From a virus (lineage: Duplodnaviria; Caudoviricetes): a stretch of 64,000 nt of DNA. The stretch lies in IMG/VR virus record IMGVR_UViG_3300027847_001698. One strand, written 5' to 3'. The translations under genes and the position numbers were made by a program. Below are positions 20,021-29,300 of the stretch, one piece after another (the stretch's first letter is position 1; the number at the start of each line of letters is the position of its first letter). The notes below the pieces were generated by a model. That model had not been told where the DNA came from, did no database searches, and saw only the letters and a list, made by a program, of their open reading frames with translations.

Positions 20021-20429
20021 CATTATAAATTTAGGTACAATACCTTCTACGGATTCCTCTGCAAAGAAAATCCTACTAGCGGAAGATATTATATCACAGT
20101 TGCTGCCACTCTTTCATGAAGAGATAGAAGAAAAAAAGAGCCAGCTAGAAAGAAACAGAAGTGATTACTTAACACTTAAAGATAAGATCGACAGGAATAG
20201 AATTCTTCTTAGACGTGTGAGCGTTGATACGAAGAGACAAATTCTAATAAAGCAAATATTAAATCAGATCAACACATTAGTTGAATTTGAAGTAATATTT
20301 GGTGGAAATAGAAATTCGATTATTCAAATTCTTCAAGATTTAGATTCAATGAGTATAAAGCAATTATCTTCTAGCATAAAAACACTTCAAAAAATAAAAA
20401 AAAGAAGTATTCAAAAGGTTCTAAAATAA
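20010..20429 (+). CDS. Hypothetical coiled-coil protein
   Basis: 139-aa ORF directly upstream of the major capsid gene. Confidence 0.6.
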   Translation: MQANIINLGTIPSTDSSAKKILLAEDIISQLLPLFHEEIEEKKSQLERNRSDYLTLKDKIDRNRILLRRVSVDTKRQILIKQILNQINTLVEFEVIFGGNRNSIIQILQDLDSMSIKQLSSSIKTLQKIKKRSIQKVLK

Positions 20430-20433
20430 AAAG

Positions 20434-21879
20434 ATGAAAGATTTACTCCTTGAGTCATATAAAACAACCAAGAAGTTTACTGGTCTAGATCCTTCAAAAC
20501 CTGGATGGATTCGTCAAATTGTAAACAATGACGAACATTTCGATATTTATACAAGATCGTTATGTGAGGGTTTGAAAGAAGAAGATCATAAGGGCTTTAA
20601 GCTCTTGGCTGAAAATACAAGAAAGACGCTGTTAGAGAATTCTCTATACCAGCTCAATCCATATGAAACATTAGCACTTCCTCTGTTAAGAGTTTTCTAT
20701 CCGAAAACTATTGCAAAGGAATTAGTAACTGTTATTCCTATGGACAAGCCAGAAATCGTTAGAGGGTTCGTAAGAGCTACATTTAATAGATTTGGTGATT
20801 CCAATAATTATAATGCACCGTCGAATACTGATATCTCAGCAGGGCCATCTATTGGTACCCCTGTTGTAGCTACAGCGGCAACTAATGCAACTACCGATAT
20901 TTTGGCAGTAGCAGGATTGACCGCAGACGTTGCACATATCGAGAAGACCTTCAAAATTACGAAGGTAACCGATACTGGTCTAGGTGATAGCTTAGAAGTT
21001 GACATTGAGCCTACAGTTGATGGTGAATTTTCAGCATCAGTATCACTTCCTGCCGGAGATGATGTGATCACGGGTCGTATTGATTTTAATACGGGTACTC
21101 TTGATCTTGCATCAGTCAATAGCATTGTAGATACTATTGACTTCACAGCAACAGTATCATTAGAAGAAAACACAATCAATCCTAGAGTAACATTTAATAT
21201 TGATAAGCTGAGACTATTCGCAAAGGATCGTCAGATCTCGACCGAATGGACAATCCAGTACGAGCAAGACATTAAAGCGTTGTTTAATGTCAGCACTCAA
21301 GCAGAACTTGTTTCTGTTATTGGACAGCAAATTGTATTGGATATCGACAGAGAGATTGTCAATTCCCTAATTACAGCAGCAGAGAAGCTTGCCGGTGCAA
21401 GTCACTCAGCTACATTTGCTAAAACACCACCTCCAACGTACACCTGGGGTCCGAAGCAGTGGCTAGAAAATGTCACACCTAAGCTGAACGATCTTAGTGC
21501 TGTAATTTATAACGATACAAACATAGCTGCTGGTAATGTTATTGCTTGCAATCCATTAGACGCTGCTATTTTTGAGTCCTTACAGGATTATCGTTATACT
21601 GGAGGTTCTTCAGAAGATGGTGACTTAGGTTACGAGACTGCCACGGTAAATCACGGAAAATGGAAGGTTCTAGTTTCCAATGTTGTGCCACAAGGTAAAT
21701 CAGTAATTGTTTACAAGCCAACAGAAGAAATTAGAGCGACATATATCTTTAGTCCATATGTTCCTGCCGTACTTACACCGTACCCACTTGGAAATACTCC
21801 GAGTTTAACGGTGTTAAGTCGCTATGGTACACAGTTGATTAGACCTAAGGGTATTGCTGTATTGAATATAGATCCTTGA
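20434..21879 (+). CDS. Major capsid protein (T4 gp23-like)
   Basis: ALPLLRVFYPKTIAKELVTVIPMDKP, KDRQISTEWTIQYEQD, IVLDIDREIVN, YIFSPYVP, SRYG. Confidence 0.92.
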   Translation: MKDLLLESYKTTKKFTGLDPSKPGWIRQIVNNDEHFDIYTRSLCEGLKEEDHKGFKLLAENTRKTLLENSLYQLNPYETLALPLLRVFYPKTIAKELVTVIPMDKPEIVRGFVRATFNRFGDSNNYNAPSNTDISAGPSIGTPVVATAATNATTDILAVAGLTADVAHIEKTFKITKVTDTGLGDSLEVDIEPTVDGEFSASVSLPAGDDVITGRIDFNTGTLDLASVNSIVDTIDFTATVSLEENTINPRVTFNIDKLRLFAKDRQISTEWTIQYEQDIKALFNVSTQAELVSVIGQQIVLDIDREIVNSLITAAEKLAGASHSATFAKTPPPTYTWGPKQWLENVTPKLNDLSAVIYNDTNIAAGNVIACNPLDAAIFESLQDYRYTGGSSEDGDLGYETATVNHGKWKVLVSNVVPQGKSVIVYKPTEEIRATYIFSPYVPAVLTPYPLGNTPSLTVLSRYGTQLIRPKGIAVLNIDP

Positions 21880-21998
21880 TGTTTTAAGTTTCTAGAAAAT
21901 TTTCCCATGTTGTCGAAAGACAGCATGGGGATTTTTCCGGGAATAAGAAATGAGAGGGGGTTATATATTTGTAGAACATATAAAATAAAGGAGTTATT

Positions 21999-23681
21999 AT
22001 GAAAATTGAAATCGAGAAAGCAATAGTTAATATTAATCCTAAAGGAATATCTAGATCTTTGAAATATAAACATCCAGATATTTTAACTATACTAGAAAAG
22101 CATAAAGAAACTCATAAAACATCTAATATATGTGAATCAATATTTTGGATATTAAATGATTTAATTAGCCCTCCATTATGTAGTAACTGTTTAAAAAAAA
22201 TAAAATTTAAAGGTCTAACTATAGGATATCCTGATCCTTGTGTTCAATGTACTTCAGTTAAAAGACAAAAACAGACAACATTAGATCGATATGGTGTAGA
22301 TAATATAAACAAATTAGAATCAACTAAACAAAAAATAAAAGAAACATGTTTAAAACGTTACGGTGTAGAAAGTCATAATAAATTAAAATCAGTAAAAGAT
22401 AAAAAGAAGAAAACACTAATTAAAAATTATGGGGAAGAAGGATTAAAGCATTCTGATATTTTAGAAAAAAGAAGGAAAACATCATTAGACCGATATGGTG
22501 AAGAACATCATCTAAAGACTAAACGGGGGATGGAAAAACAGAAAGCTACATTATTTAAGAATTATGGTGTAGATAGCCCAATGAGAATAAAAGGGATGTC
22601 TGAACGATTTAAAAAAGTATGGGTAGAAAAGAATTTGGAATCATATGTAAAAAGATTGATTAAAGTTAGAGGTTATAAACTAATTTCTAGTTATGTTAAT
22701 TCACATTCTAATATAACGTTAGAATGTGAGAAGGGTCACCATTTTGAAATTCTATGGAATTCATTTCAACAGGGAAATGGTACTTGTCCAGAGTGTTATC
22801 CTTTAAAGAAAGGAATATCTAAACCTGAGAAAGATATAAAAGAATATATTGAATCATTGGGTTTTGAATGTAGTCATAAAAATAGATCTATTATTACTCC
22901 ATATGAGATAGATGTTTTAGTAGACGAAAAAAAATTGGCGATAGAGTATTGTGGTCTATGGTGTCATAGTAGTGGGGGAAATGTCCCATTCACTGCTAGT
23001 CCAGATCAACACTTAAAAAAGTTAAATCGTTGTGAATCTAAAGGGTATCATCTACTAACTATATTTGAAGATGAATGGTTAAATTCAAAAGATGTAGTCC
23101 TATCTATTATAAAATTAAAGTTGGGCAACGTAACTACTAAAATTCCTGCTAGAAAATGTGAAATACGAGAGATCTCATATAAAGTTAAACATGAGTTCAT
23201 AGAATCTAATCATCTTCAAGGTGATAAGGCATCTACTCATAATATTGGCTTATATTATAATGAAGCTCTTGTATCAGTAATGTCCTTTTTATGTTTGAAT
23301 AAACAACATAAAAAATTCGAGATAGCTAGATATTGTACTACCCCAGATACAATTATACAGGGTGGTGGATCTAGATTACTATCTTATTTTAAGAAGAATT
23401 TTGATTGGACTGATCTTATTACATATGCAGATAGAAGATGGTCTACGGGTAACTGTTATCATAAAATGGGATTCGTATTAGATTATACTACAAATCCTAA
23501 TTATTGGTATTGGGGAAAATCTATAAAAGGCAGAAAGCATAGATTAAATTATTCTAAAAGATGTCTTGCACAAATGGAAAGTTATGATGACGAATTATCT
23601 GAATTTCAAATAATGACATTAGAGGGATATTCATGGATTCATGATTGTGGAAATATTAAATTTTCTATAAAAAATATCTAA
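21999..23681 (+). CDS. Free-standing homing-endonuclease-like protein: Zn finger, RYGV repeats, PD-(D/E)XK-like nuclease and C-terminal GNAT/Mom-like domain
   Basis: CxxC pairs, repeated (K/R)YG(V/E), EIDV...AIEYCGLWCHS, then EIARYC...GGGSRLL...TYADRRW...GF. Confidence 0.7.
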   Translation: MKIEIEKAIVNINPKGISRSLKYKHPDILTILEKHKETHKTSNICESIFWILNDLISPPLCSNCLKKIKFKGLTIGYPDPCVQCTSVKRQKQTTLDRYGVDNINKLESTKQKIKETCLKRYGVESHNKLKSVKDKKKKTLIKNYGEEGLKHSDILEKRRKTSLDRYGEEHHLKTKRGMEKQKATLFKNYGVDSPMRIKGMSERFKKVWVEKNLESYVKRLIKVRGYKLISSYVNSHSNITLECEKGHHFEILWNSFQQGNGTCPECYPLKKGISKPEKDIKEYIESLGFECSHKNRSIITPYEIDVLVDEKKLAIEYCGLWCHSSGGNVPFTASPDQHLKKLNRCESKGYHLLTIFEDEWLNSKDVVLSIIKLKLGNVTTKIPARKCEIREISYKVKHEFIESNHLQGDKASTHNIGLYYNEALVSVMSFLCLNKQHKKFEIARYCTTPDTIIQGGGSRLLSYFKKNFDWTDLITYADRRWSTGNCYHKMGFVLDYTTNPNYWYWGKSIKGRKHRLNYSKRCLAQMESYDDELSEFQIMTLEGYSWIHDCGNIKFSIKNI

Positions 23682-23705
23682 AAAAAAGACCCGAAGGTCT
23701 CTTCT
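23680..23705. terminator. AAAAAGACC-CGAA-GGTCTCTT terminator family, copy 2
   Basis: Near-identical to the copies at 15783, 24098 and 63298. Confidence 0.8.
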
Positions 23706-24071
23706 AAAATGATACAGAGCATGGGTCCACCATGTTGATTACTTACGGCTCTTATAGGAGAAATCCTATGCATTTCTGTCGACCGTAATGTCTAGCTTTC
23801 CACGTCACACCCCCACTTCTATTCATGGGAAAATGCCCGATCTATGCCACTAGATACCCAAAAGGAAACTTCTGCATGGATCTGATTATTTGTATGTGTG
23901 TGGGAATAATAATGTTTGGGTTACATTATTATTTGTTATGTCACATGCCATCCACATGCCATCCACAGGTTCTTCTAGTGTCAGAAGAACCTGCTTCATT
24001 CCACAGATTATTTGACTTCTCGTCAAATATGCGAAAGTTATATAGACTTCAACTCTCTTCTGCTTCATTTT
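23706..24071 (-). ncRNA. Candidate ~365-nt structured ncRNA (ncRNA-B)
   Basis: 5' AAAAUGA-a-GCAGA can pair with 3' UCUGU-a-UCAUUUU; perfect 11-bp stems at 23966-23993 and 23905-23933; bounded by a promoter variant and a terminator. Confidence 0.55.
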
Positions 24072-24097
24072 GATATATGTATAGTAGGAATACCCCA

Positions 24098-24122
24098 TAA
24101 AAAGACCCGAAAGTCTCTTTTT
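24098..24122 (-). terminator. AAAAGAC-CCGAAA-GTCTCTTT terminator family, copy 3
   Basis: Hairpin after the minus-strand gene ending at 24135. Confidence 0.7.
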
Positions 24123-24134
24123 ATGAAATGATTA

Positions 24135-24326
24135 TTAGCATTCTTTCTTTCCTAATTGTTTTTTGAAATGAGTTGCCTCTGTTCTGCCCATTCCTGATGC
24201 AATAGGTGTGGCTTCTCCCATAAATATAGGACTTCTCTTTCCTCTTACATCTTCAGCGTAAAATACAGCATACGATCCAGTGTCGTCGCCGTTGTATTTT
24301 TTAATTGAATATTTTCTAGGCTTCAT
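24135..24326 (-). CDS. Small hypothetical protein
   Basis: 63 aa; its start overlaps the stop of the upstream frameshifted gene. Confidence 0.65.
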   Translation of the reverse strand: MKPRKYSIKKYNGDDTGSYAVFYAEDVRGKRSPIFMGEATPIASGMGRTEATHFKKQLGKKEC

Positions 24327-24556
24327 CTTCTGGGTGTCCTATATCGTTAGGTAGTGGAAAGGTAGATTGGATTTTTCCACAATCTGCACAGTATGAGAAA
24401 GTTATCCGGTTACCAGATCCGATTTTTCAGTTCAGGCGGAATATCCCCTTCCCATTCAATCGATCCCATTGTAGCAGCAAACTGCTCTGTACATTTTGCA
24501 GTTACCGATATTAACCTAGTACATATATGTGTAAGTACATCGTCTAGTATTGGCAT
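24316..24556 (-). pseudogene. Frameshifted small CxxC protein (extra A in an A5 run at 24423-24427)
   Basis: AAGGAG RBS, MPILDD...PPELK; removing one A continues IGSGNRITFSYCADCGKIQSTFPLP...EA*, whose stop overlaps the next ATG. Confidence 0.6.
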
Positions 24557-24565
24557 TGTTACTCC

Positions 24566-25042
24566 TTATTGTAGTAGTTCGAATTCATATTGATGGTCAG
24601 ATATATTGAGTTGAACACCAACATCCATACAATTGATATTCTTCCAATCCAATAAAATTGTTGAATGTGGATAATTACTGTCTAATACTAATCTAATAAA
24701 CCATCCACACATGTATCTCTTTTGGACGGCTAACACATTATATATTTTGCCAGTCGTTCTTGATTTAAACCTCCTGTCACGCAACTGATGGGTATCCAAT
24801 ACTATTACTCTTTCCTTTGATTTCCCCACCGATTTGAATTCCTTTTCTACTTTTAATGCTAGACCTGCATCAAATCTATTTCTAGTTCCACTTTCAGACC
24901 ATTCAATGACGTAATCACTATGGGGAAATAACAGACCCCCACCCCCTTCCGATAATTTATTTGAAATGAGGAACGAGTAGTAAAATAGAAATATAATCAT
25001 CATGACAGTAACAACATACAATACAATAGAACCCATATCCAA
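24566..25042 (-). CDS. Hypothetical membrane-anchored protein
   Basis: N-terminal hydrophobic helix, 158 aa. Confidence 0.65.
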   Translation of the reverse strand: MDMGSIVLYVVTVMMIIFLFYYSFLISNKLSEGGGGLLFPHSDYVIEWSESGTRNRFDAGLALKVEKEFKSVGKSKERVIVLDTHQLRDRRFKSRTTGKIYNVLAVQKRYMCGWFIRLVLDSNYPHSTILLDWKNINCMDVGVQLNISDHQYEFELLQ

Positions 25043-25216
25043 TCTCCGTTAAAAATTAATGTTCAAAGATAAATATATATATAATAGTATATTAAAAAAA
25101 GGGAATTTCCTCCCCCATTCTTAGACTTAGTTAAACGAATTTATCTGTGCTAAAAGATAAATATATAAAAGATGACACCCATAGGGTACAATGAAAATAC
25201 CCTAGGGGTGTACATT

Positions 25217-25660
25217 TTAGATGCAGTTGGTAATGTCGTAAAGCTCACCACCAAACATCATTTCTGTTACTCCACGACCCAATGCCTTCCGCAACATTGT
25301 CTTTGTGCCTTTTAATGTTTTGAATTCTGCTGGTTTGAACGTCCCATTGACTTCTAAGAAGCTAACACTGATGGCATCTTCCGGGATGTCATCGAGTCTG
25401 AATTCATTGATTGTGGGTTCACTCACAAGAATTGGATCATCCTTGATGGCCAGGATGGGGGGATGAGGAGTACCCAATTCAACTACTTGAACGTCAGGAG
25501 CCTGATAAGGAGTAATAGGATACTTCTTGAGCAGTTCCCTTGTTAAACGATGTCCAGCCCCAATCAGATATTTCTTGAGGTTACTGGTCACCAACCTGTA
25601 TTGTTTGTCGTAGTCACCAATCTGCAGATTTGGATCTGGGTACATGAACTTCTTTTCCAT
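25217..25660 (-). CDS. Hypothetical protein
   Basis: ATG at 25660 with GGAG RBS; promoter motif at 25701; hairpin at 25173-25213 downstream. Confidence 0.7.
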   Translation of the reverse strand: MEKKFMYPDPNLQIGDYDKQYRLVTSNLKKYLIGAGHRLTRELLKKYPITPYQAPDVQVVELGTPHPPILAIKDDPILVSEPTINEFRLDDIPEDAISVSFLEVNGTFKPAEFKTLKGTKTMLRKALGRGVTEMMFGGELYDITNCI

Positions 25661-25700
25661 AACATCTCCATAGGATGTTGGGTTAAATGTTATATTCAAA

Positions 25701-25719
25701 AATTAATATATATAGACAA
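25701..25719 (-). promoter_or_regulatory. Recurring promoter motif TTGTCTATATATATTAATT
   Basis: Identical to the 16101 copy. Confidence 0.7.
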
Positions 25720-25810
25720 TATTGTGTTATAACGGCCCACATATAAGAACAAAATTATAATAAACTTTTTTTTAAGATGAACTTATAAAGTGATGCTTTA
25801 GGAGAATTAG

Positions 25811-26374
25811 ATGGATTTTCATGGAATTGATATGCAAGGGCCGTTTATCACGGAACGAGTTTCTGTTATTCCTCCCGCTCAAGAAGCTATAGATGAACCA
25901 GGACGTTTCATATTCAACCTAGCAGATGAAACTACTTATGTTGGAACAAGTACAGGTTGGAGAGGGGTAGTTGGAACAGGGCCAGGAATTACTAACCACT
26001 CCCAATTACAAGGATTACTTAATGATGATCATGATCAATACGCTTTAAGAACTGATTTAGAATCAGGAGGAGATCAAGATGTAGACTGGTCTAGATTAGT
26101 AAGTACCCCAAGTCAAATAACTAGTCTGTCATCTAATCAATTATTTGATGCATTAGATGCTAACTCTAAAAACATTGTTAATGTAGATAAATTAAATGTG
26201 GGTGCAGCAACTACTCCTACTGAACGAATTGAAGTTTCTAGTGCTATAAAAATTGGAATGTCGTTAGGTAGTGCTGATGGTACTATTAGATGGACTGGAT
26301 CTGATTTTGAAGGTAGAAAAGCTGGAGCATGGGTATCATTAACTGGTGCTAATGAAGGAGGGTGGTTTAACTAA
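25811..26374 (+). CDS. Virion/tail structural protein
   Basis: NHSQLQGLLNDDHDQY and RWTGSDFEG...WVSL motifs seen in tail fibre-associated proteins. Confidence 0.65.
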   Translation: MDFHGIDMQGPFITERVSVIPPAQEAIDEPGRFIFNLADETTYVGTSTGWRGVVGTGPGITNHSQLQGLLNDDHDQYALRTDLESGGDQDVDWSRLVSTPSQITSLSSNQLFDALDANSKNIVNVDKLNVGAATTPTERIEVSSAIKIGMSLGSADGTIRWTGSDFEGRKAGAWVSLTGANEGGWFN

Positions 26375-29300
26375 TGGCTAGAAATCCAGACGATCCTAAA
26401 AAAACATTACATGGTCACATTTATCTTCCCGATCTTGGAGAAAAGGGAACGGAAGCTATAACCAAATTTAATGATGCACAAGAAGACCTAGATGAACATA
26501 TTAGAACTCAAGAAGATAGATCATATGCACTACCTCCTGTTATTGCGTATGCACTAGATCCTCCAAATATTGAAGATCTATTTAGATTAGATTATCTTCC
26601 TAGTTGGCAAAATATTAGGGGATTATGGAATTTTAATGATGATAGTACAACTAATCATGCAGTTGATGTTAGTTTCTGTGGAACCTCAGGTGGAGCTAAT
26701 TTTACAGGATTAGTAAAAGAGGATAATAACTGGTTCTCTGGCGTAGCTGAAGAATGGGATGGAGTTGAATGGGATGGAGTATTTAATAATCTTCCTGCTG
26801 AGTTAGAAGGTCCATTCTTGAGATGTGACTCAACTGAAGATTTCGCCGCTGAAGTTCCTGGCGTATTACATAATCCTGGAACTGGTTTTACTATTGATTT
26901 CTGGTTCTGTCCTACTAAAGATATAGATGGCACTACATATGACGGATTCACTTATCTATTTGCTAAAGTTAACTCTGCCCTTAGAAATGTAAACAATGTA
27001 TGGATTTCAAATGAAATCTTTATGGGGGTGTTTTCTGCAATTGATGGAAATCAGGGTGGTCAACTTGGAGTATTTACTCACAGATCACCATCCGAAGGAG
27101 CTCAAGTATATGCAGTTGATGATGCTGATCCTTTATATTCTGGAGTATATACTTTAGAAAACTCATGGGGGGCTGGAACATGGCATCATGTTACTATATC
27201 ATGGGGAACAACTAATGGTCTAATATTATGGATAGATGGACAAACTGGCTGGGCAGGAAGTTCAGTTGGAACCGCAACTACAATGTATACTCCGGGAAGA
27301 AAACACAATCTAACAATTGGTGGTTACTGGAGTGGCCCATCTGAAGCATTAAATAAACCCGATATGCTAGTTTCCAATTTAAGAGTTAGCAACACCGAAA
27401 GGGATCAATTGTATGTAGATACTGTATATGGGGGCGGAGATGGTTACACAGGCTCCTATGATAGCAATACAATCGCTTACATAAAATTTAATGAAGGGTC
27501 AGGCAAAGAGGCATACAATTCAATTCCGCTTCAGTCAACCAATTTTCCTTCTTATGGTAATCCTGGAGTTGTAAAATCCGGAATAGTTTATCAAGCAGAT
27601 AGAACCGTATTAGAAGAAGAAGGTCCAACTGGATCTGCATTATTTAATGATGACAATGAAGAATATCTTGATTGTGGAGCAGAACCACATACTAATCTTA
27701 TTGCACATGAAACTAAAGTTGCAGGTGGATTCACATTTCAAACTGCAATAAAATTAAATGAATTAAACAAAGATCAATGTATCATTTCTAAATGGGATGA
27801 GTTTAATGATCAACGACAATTATATGTTGGTATTGATTCTAATAATAGAGTAGAAGTAAAAATAGGATTAGATGGATTATATGATTCTACTGCAAGTCTT
27901 TCTTCTGATGTTGTCAGCTATCCATTTATAACAGTTGCAGATGCAGGATTAGATATAGCTAATGGAACATATGTTGATCAAGAAGGTTGGGAAGGTTTAT
28001 CTCTAGATTCAACAGGAATATATGATGGTGTTCCATATCTTAAAATGGAAAATTGTGAAGATCCTACATACAATGGGGAATTTGTAACTGAAGCTGATTG
28101 GGAAACAATTCACGGAATAACCGATTCAACTCAATCATTTACAATTTCTAATGCGGGAGTGGATGATGTAAATGGAAGCTGGATGGATAAGACCAAACAT
28201 GAAGAAGTATATCCACCTACTGGAGTAATGACTGAAACTAATTTTGATACATTCGATAGTACCGCATCGTTATACGAGGTAGTGATAACTGATATTAATG
28301 ATGTAGTAGATGGAGTGTTTGAGTGGACCAATTTAACTGGAAGTGATGGCGTATCCATATGGGGTCGAGATTCAACTGCTGGATATGATTTATACTTATA
28401 CAGAGAAAGTACTGGTTGGGTAATAAGAGATGGAACTACTGACACTGATAATTTATATTACTGGTTCCATAAGCGTCCAGGTGATAGATTGGACGTTCCT
28501 CCATCTCATTGGTTTGCTAGAATTAATGAACTTGATCAACAGCTAAGTATAGGTGCTGATCGTGGGCCAACTGCAGTAGTTAGAACAGTATCTGGTCAAA
28601 TTGAAATTGATTCAGAAATAAAAACAACTGTTACATCTGCTGGAAATGATTATTTTAATGGAGATTATCTAAGACTTGGAGAGACACTAAATGGTGTCGA
28701 TATATGGTGTAGCACTATACATGATGATGCATTAATTATATGTGATTATTTATATGGTGATACTGATTTAGCTGATGAATGGAAAAAATGGTGGATGGGT
28801 ATTAGACCTAGAGATCATGGATTTGGTGGATTTAGATATCATTTTTATGCCCCATATCAAATAACTGATATTGAAGATCAAGCTCCTCCTGCATTTCTTA
28901 AAGGATATACTGGATTCAATGCTCTTGGTGAATACATCGATGAATCAGGATCTGATGCAGCACAACTTAAAACTTATCTAGAAGATGGATCAAAATTTAA
29001 TCCTGATCTAATTTGGTTTCATACGGTTGAAGGGGTTACTGAAAATATGTATCGTCATGAAGATGATGATTCTCTTATCTTAACTAAATTAAGATTGGAT
29101 GGAATGACAGTAACTCAATGGTATATGGCTCATTATACTGATTGGGATGAATTTGGATATTACTATACTTATCTATATGATAATGTAGCAGGATCTACAA
29201 TTAAGGATATTCCGTCCTCATTCAATGGGATAGTTGACAATATTCCTATTCCTATTATTATAAAAAATAATAATAAGGAAAACTTTGTTTGGACTCAAGA

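Noticed and set aside
23706-24071. RNase P or tmRNA identity for ncRNA-B (GUGGAAAG and ACAGAA resemble RNase P CR-I/CR-V; length fits tmRNA)
   Set aside because: The two motifs are only about 20 nt apart and cannot form P4 (no CUU partner); there is no acceptor stem, T-arm or CCA end.
23825-24098. ORFs 23825-24073 (+) and 23886-24098 (-) as real genes
   Set aside because: No RBS, they run through perfect hairpins, and the longer minus-strand start lies across the promoter motif; RNA structure explains the region better. A small peptide cannot be fully excluded.
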